From an uncultured virus (IMG/VR IMGVR_UViG_3300024319_000010) (lineage: Duplodnaviria; Heunggongvirae; Uroviricota; Caudoviricetes; Crassvirales): a DNA stretch of 64,000 nt. The position numbers and the translations under genes are program-made. The notes below the pieces were generated by a model. It did no database searches. It was not told the origin of the DNA and saw only the letters and a list, made by a program, of their open reading frames with translations. Location of the stretch: the IMG/VR virus record IMGVR_UViG_3300024319_000010; one strand, given 5' to 3'. Positions 17,511 through 28,708 of the stretch are shown one piece after another (the first letter of the stretch is position 1; the number at the start of each line of letters is the position of its first letter).

Positions 17511-20500
17511 TTATGGTATATTAAATCCAAAGTCTTCTAGTACGGTTACAACCAATCCTCTAAAGTAAGATGAGGTACCGCTTATATTGCCGTCATAAGA
17601 ATATGTTATGTCATCTGCAAGACTTCCTTGCGTTGTTGTTAAATCGTATGCTACTCCATTATCTGTTCCTATCATCTCACTAGACGTGCTTGTTTCAACT
17701 GCCTGCAAGAATGGTTTTAATCCTGCATAAGAACTATTAGCTAAATGAAATACATGTCCATATACATTAGTACCTGAAGGTGTTCCAGAGATAGCAGATT
17801 TGTATGCGTTTAAATCAGCAATGTGCGATGCACCTCCAGTAGTATCTCTATAACCAGATAATGTAAAAGTACTAGATGCTGCATATGGAGAAGACTCATC
17901 TTGAAATACCATTGTTATAATGTTATCTGCATCTGCAAAATCATTACCGCTTGCTACACCAAATCCAGTTCTACTAGCTCCTAAAGCTGCATCAGAACTA
18001 TCTCTCCAGGTAAGACTAGAGTCATTAGCTAACATTGCCCATGTTTTTTCAGAGTTCTCTATAAGCAAGTATACATGAGAATCATATGCGTCTGAACCAT
18101 TTGTAGTACTATCTGTGTTACCTTGTAATTCAGTTTGACCTGTAGCATAGAAATCTTGTAACACTGCTCTAAGAGTGTCTGGATTTTTTACAGTGGTGCT
18201 TCCACTTGTAAAATAAGATCCTCCTGCCATTGTTTGTAGATTTGGTACTGCAGCATCCATAGATCCTGATCCATCAAACACGAGCATTATATAAGTATCT
18301 GGTGTAATAAACTGACCTGCTAAACTTACAGTTGCTGTATCTATACATATGCTTTTAGAAACAGAGTAACTAAAAGAATCTGTTAATGACTGAGCCGCTG
18401 ATAAAGCTGTTTCTGAATATTGAATACCAGGGTTATACCAATACTTACCTGAAGCAGGTGTTCTTGATACGTTATTATAATCAGTATAAGAGTTAATTCC
18501 AGTTCCTTGTGCAGATTGTACAGATGTATTATCAACACAATAAAATATTCCTGAAGTGTTTGAAACTCTATTTACTCTACCTAATCCAGATCCGTCCCAC
18601 CACCAGCTGTTATTAATAGCATTTGATGTTTGTTGTAAACATGTACTACCTAACCAAGTACCATTTAAAGAAGTAGTGTTATGTATTACAGTGCTAAATC
18701 TATAAGTACCGTTAGCGTCTCTTGGCATATAGTGGTACTTTTCAATGTATCCAGGAGTTTGTCCAACTGAGTTGCTAGAGCTCCACTCAACAATTATATC
18801 ATAATTAGCAGTAGTATTTGTGCTACCATTGTAAACGTATTCTAAATATACATTGTCTTTAGCACCGTCTGTTGGTGTATATATATTAGAGTTAACAACT
18901 AAAGCATTAGTTTGTCCCGGCTTTCTTAAATAACCTGACGTAGGTAAAGATGTTAAAGTCGCAGTTGTTGGATACAAAGATGCATTAGCACCAGAAAAAG
19001 TAGTTCCAAAGTTATCATTAATAAAAGGATATACGTTTGTAACCGCTCCGTAGTTTACTTGTATAGTGTTTCCGCTGTTGACTTTTAAAACCTGATCATT
19101 ACTAGGACTTCCTTCTTGTAATAGTATAGAAAGTTTAAAAGAGATTAAATTTGTACTTGTACTAAGTATTTTTAACTCTGGGTATACTACTGCTCCTGAA
19201 ACTGCAGGAGTTGGATCTGATATCCAATTTCTTGTAGCACTTGTAGCTTGACCAATACCGGTTGCACCAGTAGCACTGTCTAACAATTCATTTGTTAAAC
19301 TGTTTCTAAGCTCTGCTTTTATAACAGAGTTAGTTGGATAAACTTCTGTAAATGCGTATACAATATTACTAACTGCTCCTTGTACTCTTCTATAATGTTG
19401 AGTTGTTCCTGAAGTAGTTAATACTCTTTTTTCATTTGGATAGTCCGGTTGTGTTGCATCTTCTGCTACTTGTATACCATATAAAGTATCAATGGCAAAA
19501 GACATAGGTGCTGTACCATTTAAGGTAACATCTGTTACAGAATCATTAGCTAGTACAGGACAATCATATACATTATATGTAGCTGAAGCCACAGTAATAA
19601 CAGCCGCGTTAGGAATGTTACTTTGATTACCTGAACTGTCTTCACTATATTTTTCAATATTAGTTATAGTAGCAATTATAGTCTCTGTTCCTTCTATTGT
19701 GTCATCTGATATTGTTGTACCAGAAGAAACTACAGTTGTATAACCCTGTGGTATAGTTATAGAAGTTGCAGGTAAAGTACCATCTGCAGGATCTGTAAAA
19801 GTTCCTGAATAAGCTATTGTTGCATAAAAATCTACTTCTTGTATTTCGCTAAGAGTTACATTTAATGTTGGAACAGCTCCTTCAAAAGCTCCTACGGCAT
19901 TCCATGAAAGAGATATGTTAGGTTTACCTGGACATAAATCTGTATTAATTACAGGTGCAACATAACCTACATGCGTAGAAGAGTTAGCTACCTGTCCTAT
20001 TAATTGACCCCATTGATCAAAAACATTTAAATGTGTATACCCTACATATCCAGTGTTATTACCTTCAGAGTCTACTACACAATAAGGAGTAGCTTCTTTG
20101 TATGTAGTAGGTATAGATACGTTTGTATATAATGTAGTATTTAGTTTTAAATCTTTTTTACTTAGTATTATCCTGTTATTGTCTTCGTCAAAAGCTGTTG
20201 TATAACCAGACCCTCCTAAGTTAAAAGCAGTATCATAACTATCTTGTTGAGTATTTTCAAAATCTAAATTATTCTGAAACCAATTTCTCATTCCTTTATT
20301 AGAGATCTCTTCTAAAGTATCAGATACTACAAACACTTTACCTTGTTCTCTATCTACAAAACTGTACCCTGCTTTACTAACTAATATTGAAGATAAATTT
20401 TGTGTACCTGCATATCCATTTTCAGAAGTTAGTAATTCTGTAGGTGCAAATTGAAATATATCACCTGTACCTAAAGATGCCTGTGCTGTATCAGTAGCTA

Positions 20501-23500
20501 TAACATCTTGTGTAGTAGTTCTAAATAAAGCAAACTCATGGTGTATTAACAAGTGCTTACCTAAACCTTCTACGTTAGTAATACTACCTCTGTCTTTTGG
20601 CATCTCATAGTAGTCATTAGTTTTAAAGACTTTTAAAGTCATTGTTTTATTCTCTTGACCGTATGCTTGAGATCTTATTACACGATAAGGAAATTTATCT
20701 AAGAATTTATTTCTATTATCGTATGAGGTTGTTGTGTTGTATGAATTTATAGAAGTATAATCTTCGTTATAATGTAATGCATTAGTATTTGTAGCATCAA
20801 CCGCACGAGCTCTATAATTGTGAAGAGCTTGTTTCTTTTGATCCTGCATAGTGTTTACACTAGTGGTTGTGTTACCATTAGCCATAGACCCTACACTACA
20901 CTTTGGATAGTAAGAATCAATAAAACTATCTTTATCATTTCGTAAAGAAGTATTTGATGAGCTATATCTTGGAAAATAGAATATATTTTTAACCGCGTTA
21001 AACTTATTATCTGAATAATACCACGTGTTTGTACTCTTTCCTTCTGAGTAAAACAAAGGAGCAGTTAATCTTACCCCGTACATTCCTACAAAAGTATCAC
21101 CTCCATATATTACACCTGTATTTTTTATAATACTATTCTGTGTAAGTAAACGAGCTTTATCAGAAAGAGAAAGTTTGTTGTAACCAAGTGTAGAGACTAA
21201 AGTCTGATCATAAAAACTATTATAAACATCTGTTTTATAAGATAGCAAATCAACTAAATTATAAGAAGGTCCTACAGTAGTACCTTCAAAAGGACTATCT
21301 GTGCTATTATCTTCGTTATAATAATGTGACTTAATCTTTCTCCACGCTGCCGGTGTTTTATAACCTTCCTTACTAACAGTTGTACCTAAAACAACAACAT
21401 CTTTATTCTCCTCGGTCATAAACCCAGTATGGTGATCTATCTCACTCCAATACTGCTCTTTATCATAGTGTATGATTTGAGCATGAAAGCATTCTTCACC
21501 CCAAGTATTGTTGATAGTTATAGAGTTCTTAGTTACTATACCATCTCCTGGTAAGTAAGAAGGACTTTGTAGCTGTCTTAAAATATTAAAGTCATTATCA
21601 ACTAAAGCAAATCCTACATTGTTTTCTATACTTGTAGAAGTACCTGCTCTATTCCATATTTGATTATAAGAAGCTTGTACAGTTGTATCTATTGTAGAAT
21701 TCTTACCAAGCAACGTAGTGTATTTTCCTAGTGCTCCGTCGTTTGCTGTGTCTTCGCTAAAAGAAGTACTATCATTTAGACCATCTGCATTAGAAATTGC
21801 ATCATGAGAGTTGTGATTTATAGTTCTTATATCTGTAAACTCTGCACCTGATAGTTTAGATACAATGTTTACATACGCACTTTGCACTGTAGGCTTAGTG
21901 TTTAAAACATCAAATCCGTGAAAACGTAAAGAGCTTGAATTAATTTTATGCTGCTTGCTAAGTTCTGTTTCGTTTAGATCAAAACTAGTTTGCTTCCAGT
22001 GACTACTTGTATAAGAGGTAGTTGTACCAACAGAATTATGTTTGTTAGTAGGTTCAAGATTTAAACTTCCTAGTGGAATTAAATGTCCTGCATAAGATCC
22101 TTCTTCGTTAGGTTGTAACGCATGAGGCGAACCGTGAAAAGCAATTGACTGATCGTACACACGAGTGTTACGTTCATCTCTTCGTGCATAGAAGAATTGA
22201 TACCCCTGCACTCTGTCTTTTAACTCTCTTGGTATTTCTATATTAGAAAAACGAACACCACATATAGAAGCATACATAGAGTATGGTCCATACACAGGCT
22301 CTGGATATTGATAAGGATATGAAAGTATCTGTATATCAAAGTCATAAGTAATTCTATTTGAAAAAGAGGAATTACTAGGAACATTAACATTTACATCGCC
22401 ATCTACAATACAAGTAGTTTCATGATAAAATTGTATAACATCACCTACTTGTAAAGCTACTGCAGCTGTAAAGTCCGGTCTAAATACTTCTGCTGAATCT
22501 AAACTTGTAAAATCTCCTCCTTTAGTAGAGGTTATTAATTTAAAATCTCCTTCATACCCGGTGTCATTTACTTGAGCGTTGTGCTCTGCTTCTGTAACCA
22601 GGGCTTTAGAATTAGATTCTTTGTTGCGAAACACATCAGTTCTAGTCCAAGTAGTTTCATCTGTAATATCTTGTTTAGCTATTTTACGTATACCTGAGAT
22701 ACATACTTGATCAACTGTAGGTTTACCGGCTATATTAATATTTTTAGAAAGCATTTCAACTCCATACTTTCCTTTAAGTAATAAAGTATGTGCTTCTGTA
22801 GCTTTATATGTGTAGTTGCCATTAGAAAAAACACCGTAAGGAGTAGTTCCAGTTACAGTTGTCGGAAATAAAGTAGATCCAGACAGAGCTGAAATTGCAG
22901 CTTGATTATTTAAAGAACCAGATGAGTTATAATGAAAGTCGTCAAATGTCTTAGGAGACAATCCTGAGCTTGTTACGTCAGGTACAGTTCCTGATTGTTT
23001 AACATTTGCAACACCTTCTGCGTCATATGGCTGAGAACTAATAAAACTAGGAGTAGTATAGTTACCTAAACTAGCGCTGTAATTATAGTCTGCAGCTTGT
23101 CTAATTGTTTTTATACCGTTTCCGTTATTGCTTCCTACTTGATTACCAGAACTGTTCCACCATGCGCTAATAACAGATGGTTGTACAGAGTCTGTAAACA
23201 TTGCTATATCCTTATGTCTATAGTCTACCCAGCTATGTACACGACTACATCCTTTTGTATATTTTCCTTCTCCCCATCTTCTACCCCATAAACCAGATTT
23301 ATGAGCACTACTTGCACACCAAGGTTTTCTATACCATTTCCAATAGTAGTGACCTACAATTTTGCCTGTATAGTTAGTAAGACTATTACCATACACATAT
23401 TCAAACTTTTGAGCTGTTCTTAGAGGTAACTCTGGAATTGGTGTATTTAGATTCTCACCCATACCCGCTCCCTGATACTCTATCTCTAGACCATCTGCAA

Positions 23501-25925
23501 GCTTATTGGTATTTTTCATGGTAAGCAAGTTAGGATACAGTGCTTTTAAATCTGCTAAAGTTCCCGCGCTTATTTGTTGAGGTGTTGTAGCGTTGTGTTC
23601 ATATCCTCCTCTTCTTAGGTTACCTGCAATATCAATATCGCCTGTTAAGAAATGAGCATAAGGACCACTAGTGTCAGTAAATTCTCTTGGATCATAAGTT
23701 TCTGCTAAAAAATAGTACCCTGCAGGTACTGTAGGAGCAGCCGTTCCAACGTATAAATACAAATGGTGTTTAACAACTTGTCTGTTATAAGAAACGTTAT
23801 GAGCAGTATTCTTTTTATTATTAGACCAGAAAGACATTTGACCTTTAGTAGGCATACTAGGTCTTGTGTCTATTTCGCAATCATCCATAAAAGCAATAAC
23901 AACTAAATCTCCAGTACCTGCGGCAGGTCCAGAGAAATCTCCTGAATTAGACTCATCAGGAAAAGAAGTATTAACTCCATTTAAGGTTGCGTAGTTAGGC
24001 ATCTTGTGGTGACGAACAGGTTGACCCGCGTTTGTATCTCCCCAAGTGTCTACATCTAATGGATATTTTTCGTTTTCGTTTTGCCAAAAACCCAATCTAC
24101 CATCTACTCGTGCAGTCTCTCTAGTCTGAAAGTATCTTGTATCTGGATTTATACCAATATCATGATTAAATATTCTTTCGTATTTTGTACGATCGCCTGC
24201 AGTTATTGTACCACTACTTACATCTCCTAATATAACATCCTTTAAAGGAATAGTTTCATCTATAGATATAGGATTTAAGTATTTATTGTTTTGATCTTTT
24301 AGAGCAACTGTAACCAGCATTTTATCTCTACCTGGTATGTGATAAGCACCAGACCATGTACCATCGTTATATAAAAACGAGATGTAAAAAGCATATACTT
24401 CATCAGGTCTAAACCCTTTTTTATTATATACAAACAACTCATTTTTATAAGACCCCTTTACAGAATTGATATCTACATAATCTCTTTCCCAGTGCGCCTT
24501 AATTTTCATAGCATAAGGCTGATAATTAAAGTCTGGATTAGTAGTAAGATTTCCTAAAAATAGTTTGCTATCAAAGTAAGTAATACTCTTAGCTGATCTA
24601 TACGTGTCATTTCCTACAGTAATATCTTCTAACAATAAAGTATTAGAGGTTTCTTTACCTGTATATGTTATTTCAAAATTGTTTTCTAATGATACGTTTG
24701 TGTCATTAGAAACTTCTATTGAAGTATCATCTACTATTTCATCACTAATAAAAGATGCAATCTCTATCTTTTTTACAAACTCGCTTGTAACAACTCCTCC
24801 TATTTTTTTATAAACAGCAAAGTGTACGTATTTATATCTAGTATCTATATCTGTTAATATAAATTTAATAGACTTAGATGTAGGAGAATCAGGTTCACAC
24901 CCGTCGTACTCAGATGTAATATCAAAGTTACTTTGTTGATCTTGTCTATAACTTCCTGATAATTCTAATGTAGAATTTGTAACAACAAAAGGACCTTCTA
25001 ATGGAGTGTAGTTTGTTACACTACCATCCTCTAATTCATAAGCAAAAGATAAAAAGTACGCTCCAGATTTTAGTGCACCTCCGTTATCTAAAACTGTATT
25101 ATAAACTATACGTGGTTTTGAAAACTCTGGGAACAAATAAGATAATACTAAATCATTTTCGTCTAAAAGTTTCTTTGAGGTAGGGTCTACATCAAAAGGC
25201 AACGTGTCTATATTTAAAATCTTTGGAGGGTTCTTATCATCTGTAAAAGCAATAATAATCTCTCGCTTATAATTTAATACATAGCACCCTTTAATAAATG
25301 AATCAGATCTAAGTTTGAGTTTAGAAGACTCTAGTATTTTTGTATAGGTTCCGTTTTTGTATCTTCCTATTTCAGAATAATAAACTTCTTCTATTATAGT
25401 TAAAGCAGATCCTGTTTCTAAGTGAAAGGTTAAATTTGCTTTTATATTCTGTACGTTAGTAGTATCAGAAAAAACAACAGTAAAGTTATTCGATGGGGTA
25501 GTACTATCAGACTGTGTAACAGTAACTCCTCCATTAATAAAGTATGTGTAAGCACCTCCTCCTGAAGGAAAAGGCAAATCATCTATAATAAGAGTTTCAC
25601 TTTGTACTATACCTAAATTGTTAGTATATGTTATAGTAAGATTTCCTGTCATGTTAGCAGGAATTTCTACATAGTACGTAGCTACTGTTCTATTAGTAAC
25701 AATAGTATCTGCGTCATCATCTCTAGAAAAGATAATAATTTCATCATCTGTTACTGGTATACTACCTATGATCTTTCTATTAAGAGTATGTATCTTATCA
25801 AACCCTAACTCATTTGTAACAGCACCATGTATTTTATTAACAAGTATGTTACGAGCGTTTTGATATGTACCCTCAAGCTGATCAATAGCGTGTGTATCTT
25901 TGTATAAACCTTTGTCTAATTTCAT
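17511..25925 (-). CDS. Tail stabilisation/muzzle protein (N-terminal part) with Calx-beta-like and vWA domains (2804 aa)
   Basis: KGLYKD...NARN start; FTDDKNPPKILN, GFRPDEVYAFYI, PVRHHKMP, GGDTF and GYAGTQ motifs; C-terminal IMLVFDGSGSM (MIDAS); follows the tail tubular gene. Confidence 0.8.
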   Translation of the reverse strand: MKLDKGLYKDTHAIDQLEGTYQNARNILVNKIHGAVTNELGFDKIHTLNRKIIGSIPVTDDEIIIFSRDDDADTIVTNRTVATYYVEIPANMTGNLTITYTNNLGIVQSETLIIDDLPFPSGGGAYTYFINGGVTVTQSDSTTPSNNFTVVFSDTTNVQNIKANLTFHLETGSALTIIEEVYYSEIGRYKNGTYTKILESSKLKLRSDSFIKGCYVLNYKREIIIAFTDDKNPPKILNIDTLPFDVDPTSKKLLDENDLVLSYLFPEFSKPRIVYNTVLDNGGALKSGAYFLSFAYELEDGSVTNYTPLEGPFVVTNSTLELSGSYRQDQQSNFDITSEYDGCEPDSPTSKSIKFILTDIDTRYKYVHFAVYKKIGGVVTSEFVKKIEIASFISDEIVDDTSIEVSNDTNVSLENNFEITYTGKETSNTLLLEDITVGNDTYRSAKSITYFDSKLFLGNLTTNPDFNYQPYAMKIKAHWERDYVDINSVKGSYKNELFVYNKKGFRPDEVYAFYISFLYNDGTWSGAYHIPGRDKMLVTVALKDQNNKYLNPISIDETIPLKDVILGDVSSGTITAGDRTKYERIFNHDIGINPDTRYFQTRETARVDGRLGFWQNENEKYPLDVDTWGDTNAGQPVRHHKMPNYATLNGVNTSFPDESNSGDFSGPAAGTGDLVVIAFMDDCEIDTRPSMPTKGQMSFWSNNKKNTAHNVSYNRQVVKHHLYLYVGTAAPTVPAGYYFLAETYDPREFTDTSGPYAHFLTGDIDIAGNLRRGGYEHNATTPQQISAGTLADLKALYPNLLTMKNTNKLADGLEIEYQGAGMGENLNTPIPELPLRTAQKFEYVYGNSLTNYTGKIVGHYYWKWYRKPWCASSAHKSGLWGRRWGEGKYTKGCSRVHSWVDYRHKDIAMFTDSVQPSVISAWWNSSGNQVGSNNGNGIKTIRQAADYNYSASLGNYTTPSFISSQPYDAEGVANVKQSGTVPDVTSSGLSPKTFDDFHYNSSGSLNNQAAISALSGSTLFPTTVTGTTPYGVFSNGNYTYKATEAHTLLLKGKYGVEMLSKNINIAGKPTVDQVCISGIRKIAKQDITDETTWTRTDVFRNKESNSKALVTEAEHNAQVNDTGYEGDFKLITSTKGGDFTSLDSAEVFRPDFTAAVALQVGDVIQFYHETTCIVDGDVNVNVPSNSSFSNRITYDFDIQILSYPYQYPEPVYGPYSMYASICGVRFSNIEIPRELKDRVQGYQFFYARRDERNTRVYDQSIAFHGSPHALQPNEEGSYAGHLIPLGSLNLEPTNKHNSVGTTTSYTSSHWKQTSFDLNETELSKQHKINSSSLRFHGFDVLNTKPTVQSAYVNIVSKLSGAEFTDIRTINHNSHDAISNADGLNDSTSFSEDTANDGALGKYTTLLGKNSTIDTTVQASYNQIWNRAGTSTSIENNVGFALVDNDFNILRQLQSPSYLPGDGIVTKNSITINNTWGEECFHAQIIHYDKEQYWSEIDHHTGFMTEENKDVVVLGTTVSKEGYKTPAAWRKIKSHYYNEDNSTDSPFEGTTVGPSYNLVDLLSYKTDVYNSFYDQTLVSTLGYNKLSLSDKARLLTQNSIIKNTGVIYGGDTFVGMYGVRLTAPLFYSEGKSTNTWYYSDNKFNAVKNIFYFPRYSSSNTSLRNDKDSFIDSYYPKCSVGSMANGNTTTSVNTMQDQKKQALHNYRARAVDATNTNALHYNEDYTSINSYNTTTSYDNRNKFLDKFPYRVIRSQAYGQENKTMTLKVFKTNDYYEMPKDRGSITNVEGLGKHLLIHHEFALFRTTTQDVIATDTAQASLGTGDIFQFAPTELLTSENGYAGTQNLSSILVSKAGYSFVDREQGKVFVVSDTLEEISNKGMRNWFQNNLDFENTQQDSYDTAFNLGGSGYTTAFDEDNNRIILSKKDLKLNTTLYTNVSIPTTYKEATPYCVVDSEGNNTGYVGYTHLNVFDQWGQLIGQVANSSTHVGYVAPVINTDLCPGKPNISLSWNAVGAFEGAVPTLNVTLSEIQEVDFYATIAYSGTFTDPADGTLPATSITIPQGYTTVVSSGTTISDDTIEGTETIIATITNIEKYSEDSSGNQSNIPNAAVITVASATYNVYDCPVLANDSVTDVTLNGTAPMSFAIDTLYGIQVAEDATQPDYPNEKRVLTTSGTTQHYRRVQGAVSNIVYAFTEVYPTNSVIKAELRNSLTNELLDSATGATGIGQATSATRNWISDPTPAVSGAVVYPELKILSTSTNLISFKLSILLQEGSPSNDQVLKVNSGNTIQVNYGAVTNVYPFINDNFGTTFSGANASLYPTTATLTSLPTSGYLRKPGQTNALVVNSNIYTPTDGAKDNVYLEYVYNGSTNTTANYDIIVEWSSSNSVGQTPGYIEKYHYMPRDANGTYRFSTVIHNTTSLNGTWLGSTCLQQTSNAINNSWWWDGSGLGRVNRVSNTSGIFYCVDNTSVQSAQGTGINSYTDYNNVSRTPASGKYWYNPGIQYSETALSAAQSLTDSFSYSVSKSICIDTATVSLAGQFITPDTYIMLVFDGSGSMDAAVPNLQTMAGGSYFTSGSTTVKNPDTLRAVLQDFYATGQTELQGNTDSTTNGSDAYDSHVYLLIENSEKTWAMLANDSSLTWRDSSDAALGASRTGFGVASGNDFADADNIITMVFQDESSPYAASSTFTLSGYRDTTGGASHIADLNAYKSAISGTPSGTNVYGHVFHLANSSYAGLKPFLQAVETSTSSEMIGTDNGVAYDLTTTQGSLADDITYSYDGNISGTSSYFRGLVVTVLEDFGFNIP

Positions 25926-25926
25926 C

Positions 25927-26721
25927 TTATTTTAAAATCTGTTCTTGAGACTGATTGCCCATAAAGAAATCTCTGTGAGCATTTATATTAGGTATAAGTC
26001 TAACCCACATGTTTTTAAATGATTCTACTTTATCAACAGAAGGGAAGGCTAGATCGTTCTGAGCACTTATGCAATATTGACCCCATTTTTGATCTGCCAC
26101 TTCCCAACTGAATAACGGATGAGCATACCCTCCCATTAACATTTGACGTAATACATACCACTCTAAGGCTTGTTTTACATATATGTTATCTGGTACCATA
26201 GGGTATCCATCGCCATCAGTAGGATAAGCTGTATAATGTATTTTTATTTTACCTTTTGCAAAGCTGGTTTGTATTGACCCATTATTAATTAAATAATAAT
26301 CGCCTCCTCTAATACCATTCTTTGTAGATCTTTTAGTTAAACCGCTAGCGTTGTTACTAATGTTATTTACATCTACTGTGTATGCAGATGTATATACTTC
26401 AACGTTTGCCCCGTTAGGTGACATAGTAGTAGTTGACGTAGCGTTTGGTAAATCATATCCTGTAACATCAGTTCCGTAAGGCAGTGGTGTACCTGAATAC
26501 TCTACCTGTATAATGTCGACTAGGTCTAACGGTAATACCGCTTTGTGACTATCTGTTGTAACTTCTACAGCTTTGCGCTCAGAGATTGATACATGACCAA
26601 TGTACTCTAATGCTTCGCCTATCCATTCCATAGCGTCTAAGACCCACCCTTCATCATTAATACGTAAGTCTCTAAATATTTTAGCGATTACGTTTTTCGA
26701 ACTTATGTGTTTATAATTCAT
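25927..26721 (-). CDS. Tail tubular/ring protein
   Basis: EWIGEALEYIG and Y.AYPTD.DGYPMVPD motifs; position between the HU/IHF-like gene and the muzzle gene. Confidence 0.75.
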   Translation of the reverse strand: MNYKHISSKNVIAKIFRDLRINDEGWVLDAMEWIGEALEYIGHVSISERKAVEVTTDSHKAVLPLDLVDIIQVEYSGTPLPYGTDVTGYDLPNATSTTTMSPNGANVEVYTSAYTVDVNNISNNASGLTKRSTKNGIRGGDYYLINNGSIQTSFAKGKIKIHYTAYPTDGDGYPMVPDNIYVKQALEWYVLRQMLMGGYAHPLFSWEVADQKWGQYCISAQNDLAFPSVDKVESFKNMWVRLIPNINAHRDFFMGNQSQEQILK

Positions 26722-27143
26722 TTGATAAAGTTTAAAAATGAGAATTCATCCAATTTTAATTTGTCTGAAAGCTTTTTTCTATTCCCTTTTGTAGGAGTAA
26801 ACTTATATACACTTTTATTGGCTACTTGACATATTGCCTTTTCCCAATACCATCTAAACCAATGATCATCGGTCCAGTATACTACTTTGTCTATGCCCTG
26901 CTCTTTGAGTTTTTTTGTCTCAAAATAATTGACACTCTTTTTTTCAAAATTTCTTTCTACTCGTTTTATTTTTAGTCTTCCTAATTGATGACCTGGGTAA
27001 AACGTTTGTCCTTCTAATATTGCTTCTACTACTTTATGATTAAATTTAGATATAACGTATTTGTATAATGTGTAAGTTACCTCTGTTTTAGGATTCTTCT
27101 TTTTATAAAAAGCGTACATATCTTTTGCTCCATAGTTATTCAT
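26718..27143 (-). CDS. HU/IHF-like basic DNA-binding protein
   Basis: FN..VVEAILEG..F...LGRLKIKR pattern; conserved crAss-like position. Confidence 0.65.
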   Translation of the reverse strand: MNNYGAKDMYAFYKKKNPKTEVTYTLYKYVISKFNHKVVEAILEGQTFYPGHQLGRLKIKRVERNFEKKSVNYFETKKLKEQGIDKVVYWTDDHWFRWYWEKAICQVANKSVYKFTPTKGNRKKLSDKLKLDEFSFLNFIK

Positions 27144-28200
27144 TTACTTTGATTTCGTTATTGTCGTTTTGTATGTTTTCCATTTTGTATTCTGCTGCTA
27201 AAATTGATTGTGTTATCTGTTGGATCATATCTGCGGTAACTGGGTAAGGAGACTCGTCGTTATAACAAGGTTCTCCTATGTAAGTAAATCCTCTAAGCTC
27301 TTCTACATCTTCAAAGATGCCTCTTATAAACAAAGACGGTACTGTATAAGCATCACCTTCGTTAGGATCCGAGTTAGGAATATTTAATGTATAGATTCTA
27401 CCGTTTTGATAAAAGTATTTTGGTGCGTTAGCATTAAACTTAGTAAAGTAAGAGTATTGATACGCCCCAGGAGTAATTGGAATAAGAGCTTCTTTAGTTC
27501 TGTTTAGTATACTAGTAAGATCTATATCTGCTTGTGTAATAGTATACACGATGCTTGAATCACCAAGATCTCTAGGACCATCTGTTGCAGGAAGATTTAA
27601 AGTAACTTTATCTCCTACGTTATATCCTACGCCTCCTTGAGTAATGTTAATACTTGTTACAGGAGTAGAACCAGAATTTGTTGTGTAAACGATTTGAAAA
27701 ACAGCTCCTGTACCCGATTGAGTGTTGCTGTTTGTACTTGTTATATTAGAGAGTGTAACTGAACTGCCTGCAGCAATAGTACCGGTAACTAGAAAAGTTC
27801 CTTCCCAAGTACCAAACGTAGTTGCTACTTGATCTGTAACTGCTACAACTTGTCTAACTTGCAGCTTACCTGTATATGTAGTTTTAAAAAAAGCTACTTC
27901 AAAGAAAGGTACTCCTCTTTTTAACCTTACTGGTTTAGGAAGTATAGAGTTTGATTTATGTAAAGGTTGATTGTTTACAGCCGCAGAGAACTCAATTGTT
28001 TCTGCTATATTAACTAATGTAATAGGTGCTTCTAAAGTTTGTATAAACTGATCTGGTAGGTAAGTGTTTCGCTCCTGATCTCTACGTATTAATAAAGATC
28101 TATAATACTTAATTTGAAATTTAAGTCGCTCTATGTATGATGCATTTGTAGCTCTGCCCGAAGCATCTGCTATATTATATGCAATTTCATTAAGAGTCAT
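27136..28200 (-). CDS. Tail ring protein with an inserted beta-rich domain
   Basis: MTLNEIAY..., IRGIFED and YPV..DMI motifs of crAss-like ring proteins; T/G/S-rich internal insert. Confidence 0.65.
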   Translation of the reverse strand: MTLNEIAYNIADASGRATNASYIERLKFQIKYYRSLLIRRDQERNTYLPDQFIQTLEAPITLVNIAETIEFSAAVNNQPLHKSNSILPKPVRLKRGVPFFEVAFFKTTYTGKLQVRQVVAVTDQVATTFGTWEGTFLVTGTIAAGSSVTLSNITSTNSNTQSGTGAVFQIVYTTNSGSTPVTSINITQGGVGYNVGDKVTLNLPATDGPRDLGDSSIVYTITQADIDLTSILNRTKEALIPITPGAYQYSYFTKFNANAPKYFYQNGRIYTLNIPNSDPNEGDAYTVPSLFIRGIFEDVEELRGFTYIGEPCYNDESPYPVTADMIQQITQSILAAEYKMENIQNDNNEIKVNE

Positions 28201-28213
28201 AACGCGTTTTTGT

Positions 28214-28702
28214 TTAAATTACCATGTATCTTGTTTTTTTGTTTTTGTCTTTATAAGCTTTTAAACATCTGTTTCTATTACTGTCTTCAGATACATATGA
28301 TACATGTATCCAATCTGGATTATTCTCATCACCAAACTCCCATATTACTTGATCGAAATCTAGGTTGTCTTTTATGAATTTATACATTTCAGCGTTTGTC
28401 TTATGACCGTACGCATCATCTATATCCATAGCTCTACCCTCGCAGTGCTGTGATGTTTGACGTTTTTTTCCGTCAATTATTTTACTTGCTCCACCTATTG
28501 CTTCGTTTAATTCGTCGCATCGGTAGAATGAATTTATTCTAATAGGACCTCCTACATATTTGCGCAGAGGTTCAAAGATTCGTTCTGCTATGACTTCCAT
28601 ATTTGTTATATGGTAATCACTAGGTGTGTTAATTATGCCTAATCTCTTAGCGGTTGAACTTCTTATCCCCTCTTTGTATGATATATGTTCAGAAATTTTC
28701 AT
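28214..28702 (-). CDS. Peptidase M15A-type zinc endolysin
   Basis: INSFYRC..LN.AIGG, SQH..G.A.D and WIHVSY motifs. Confidence 0.85.
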   Translation of the reverse strand: MKISEHISYKEGIRSSTAKRLGIINTPSDYHITNMEVIAERIFEPLRKYVGGPIRINSFYRCDELNEAIGGASKIIDGKKRQTSQHCEGRAMDIDDAYGHKTNAEMYKFIKDNLDFDQVIWEFGDENNPDWIHVSYVSEDSNRNRCLKAYKDKNKKTRYMVI

Positions 28703-28708
28703 AAGCTT

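Noticed and set aside
17505..17525. Frameshift joining the two muzzle ORFs
   Set aside because: The downstream frame is closed by a TAA at 17521-17523 and there is no slippery heptamer in the short open stretch.
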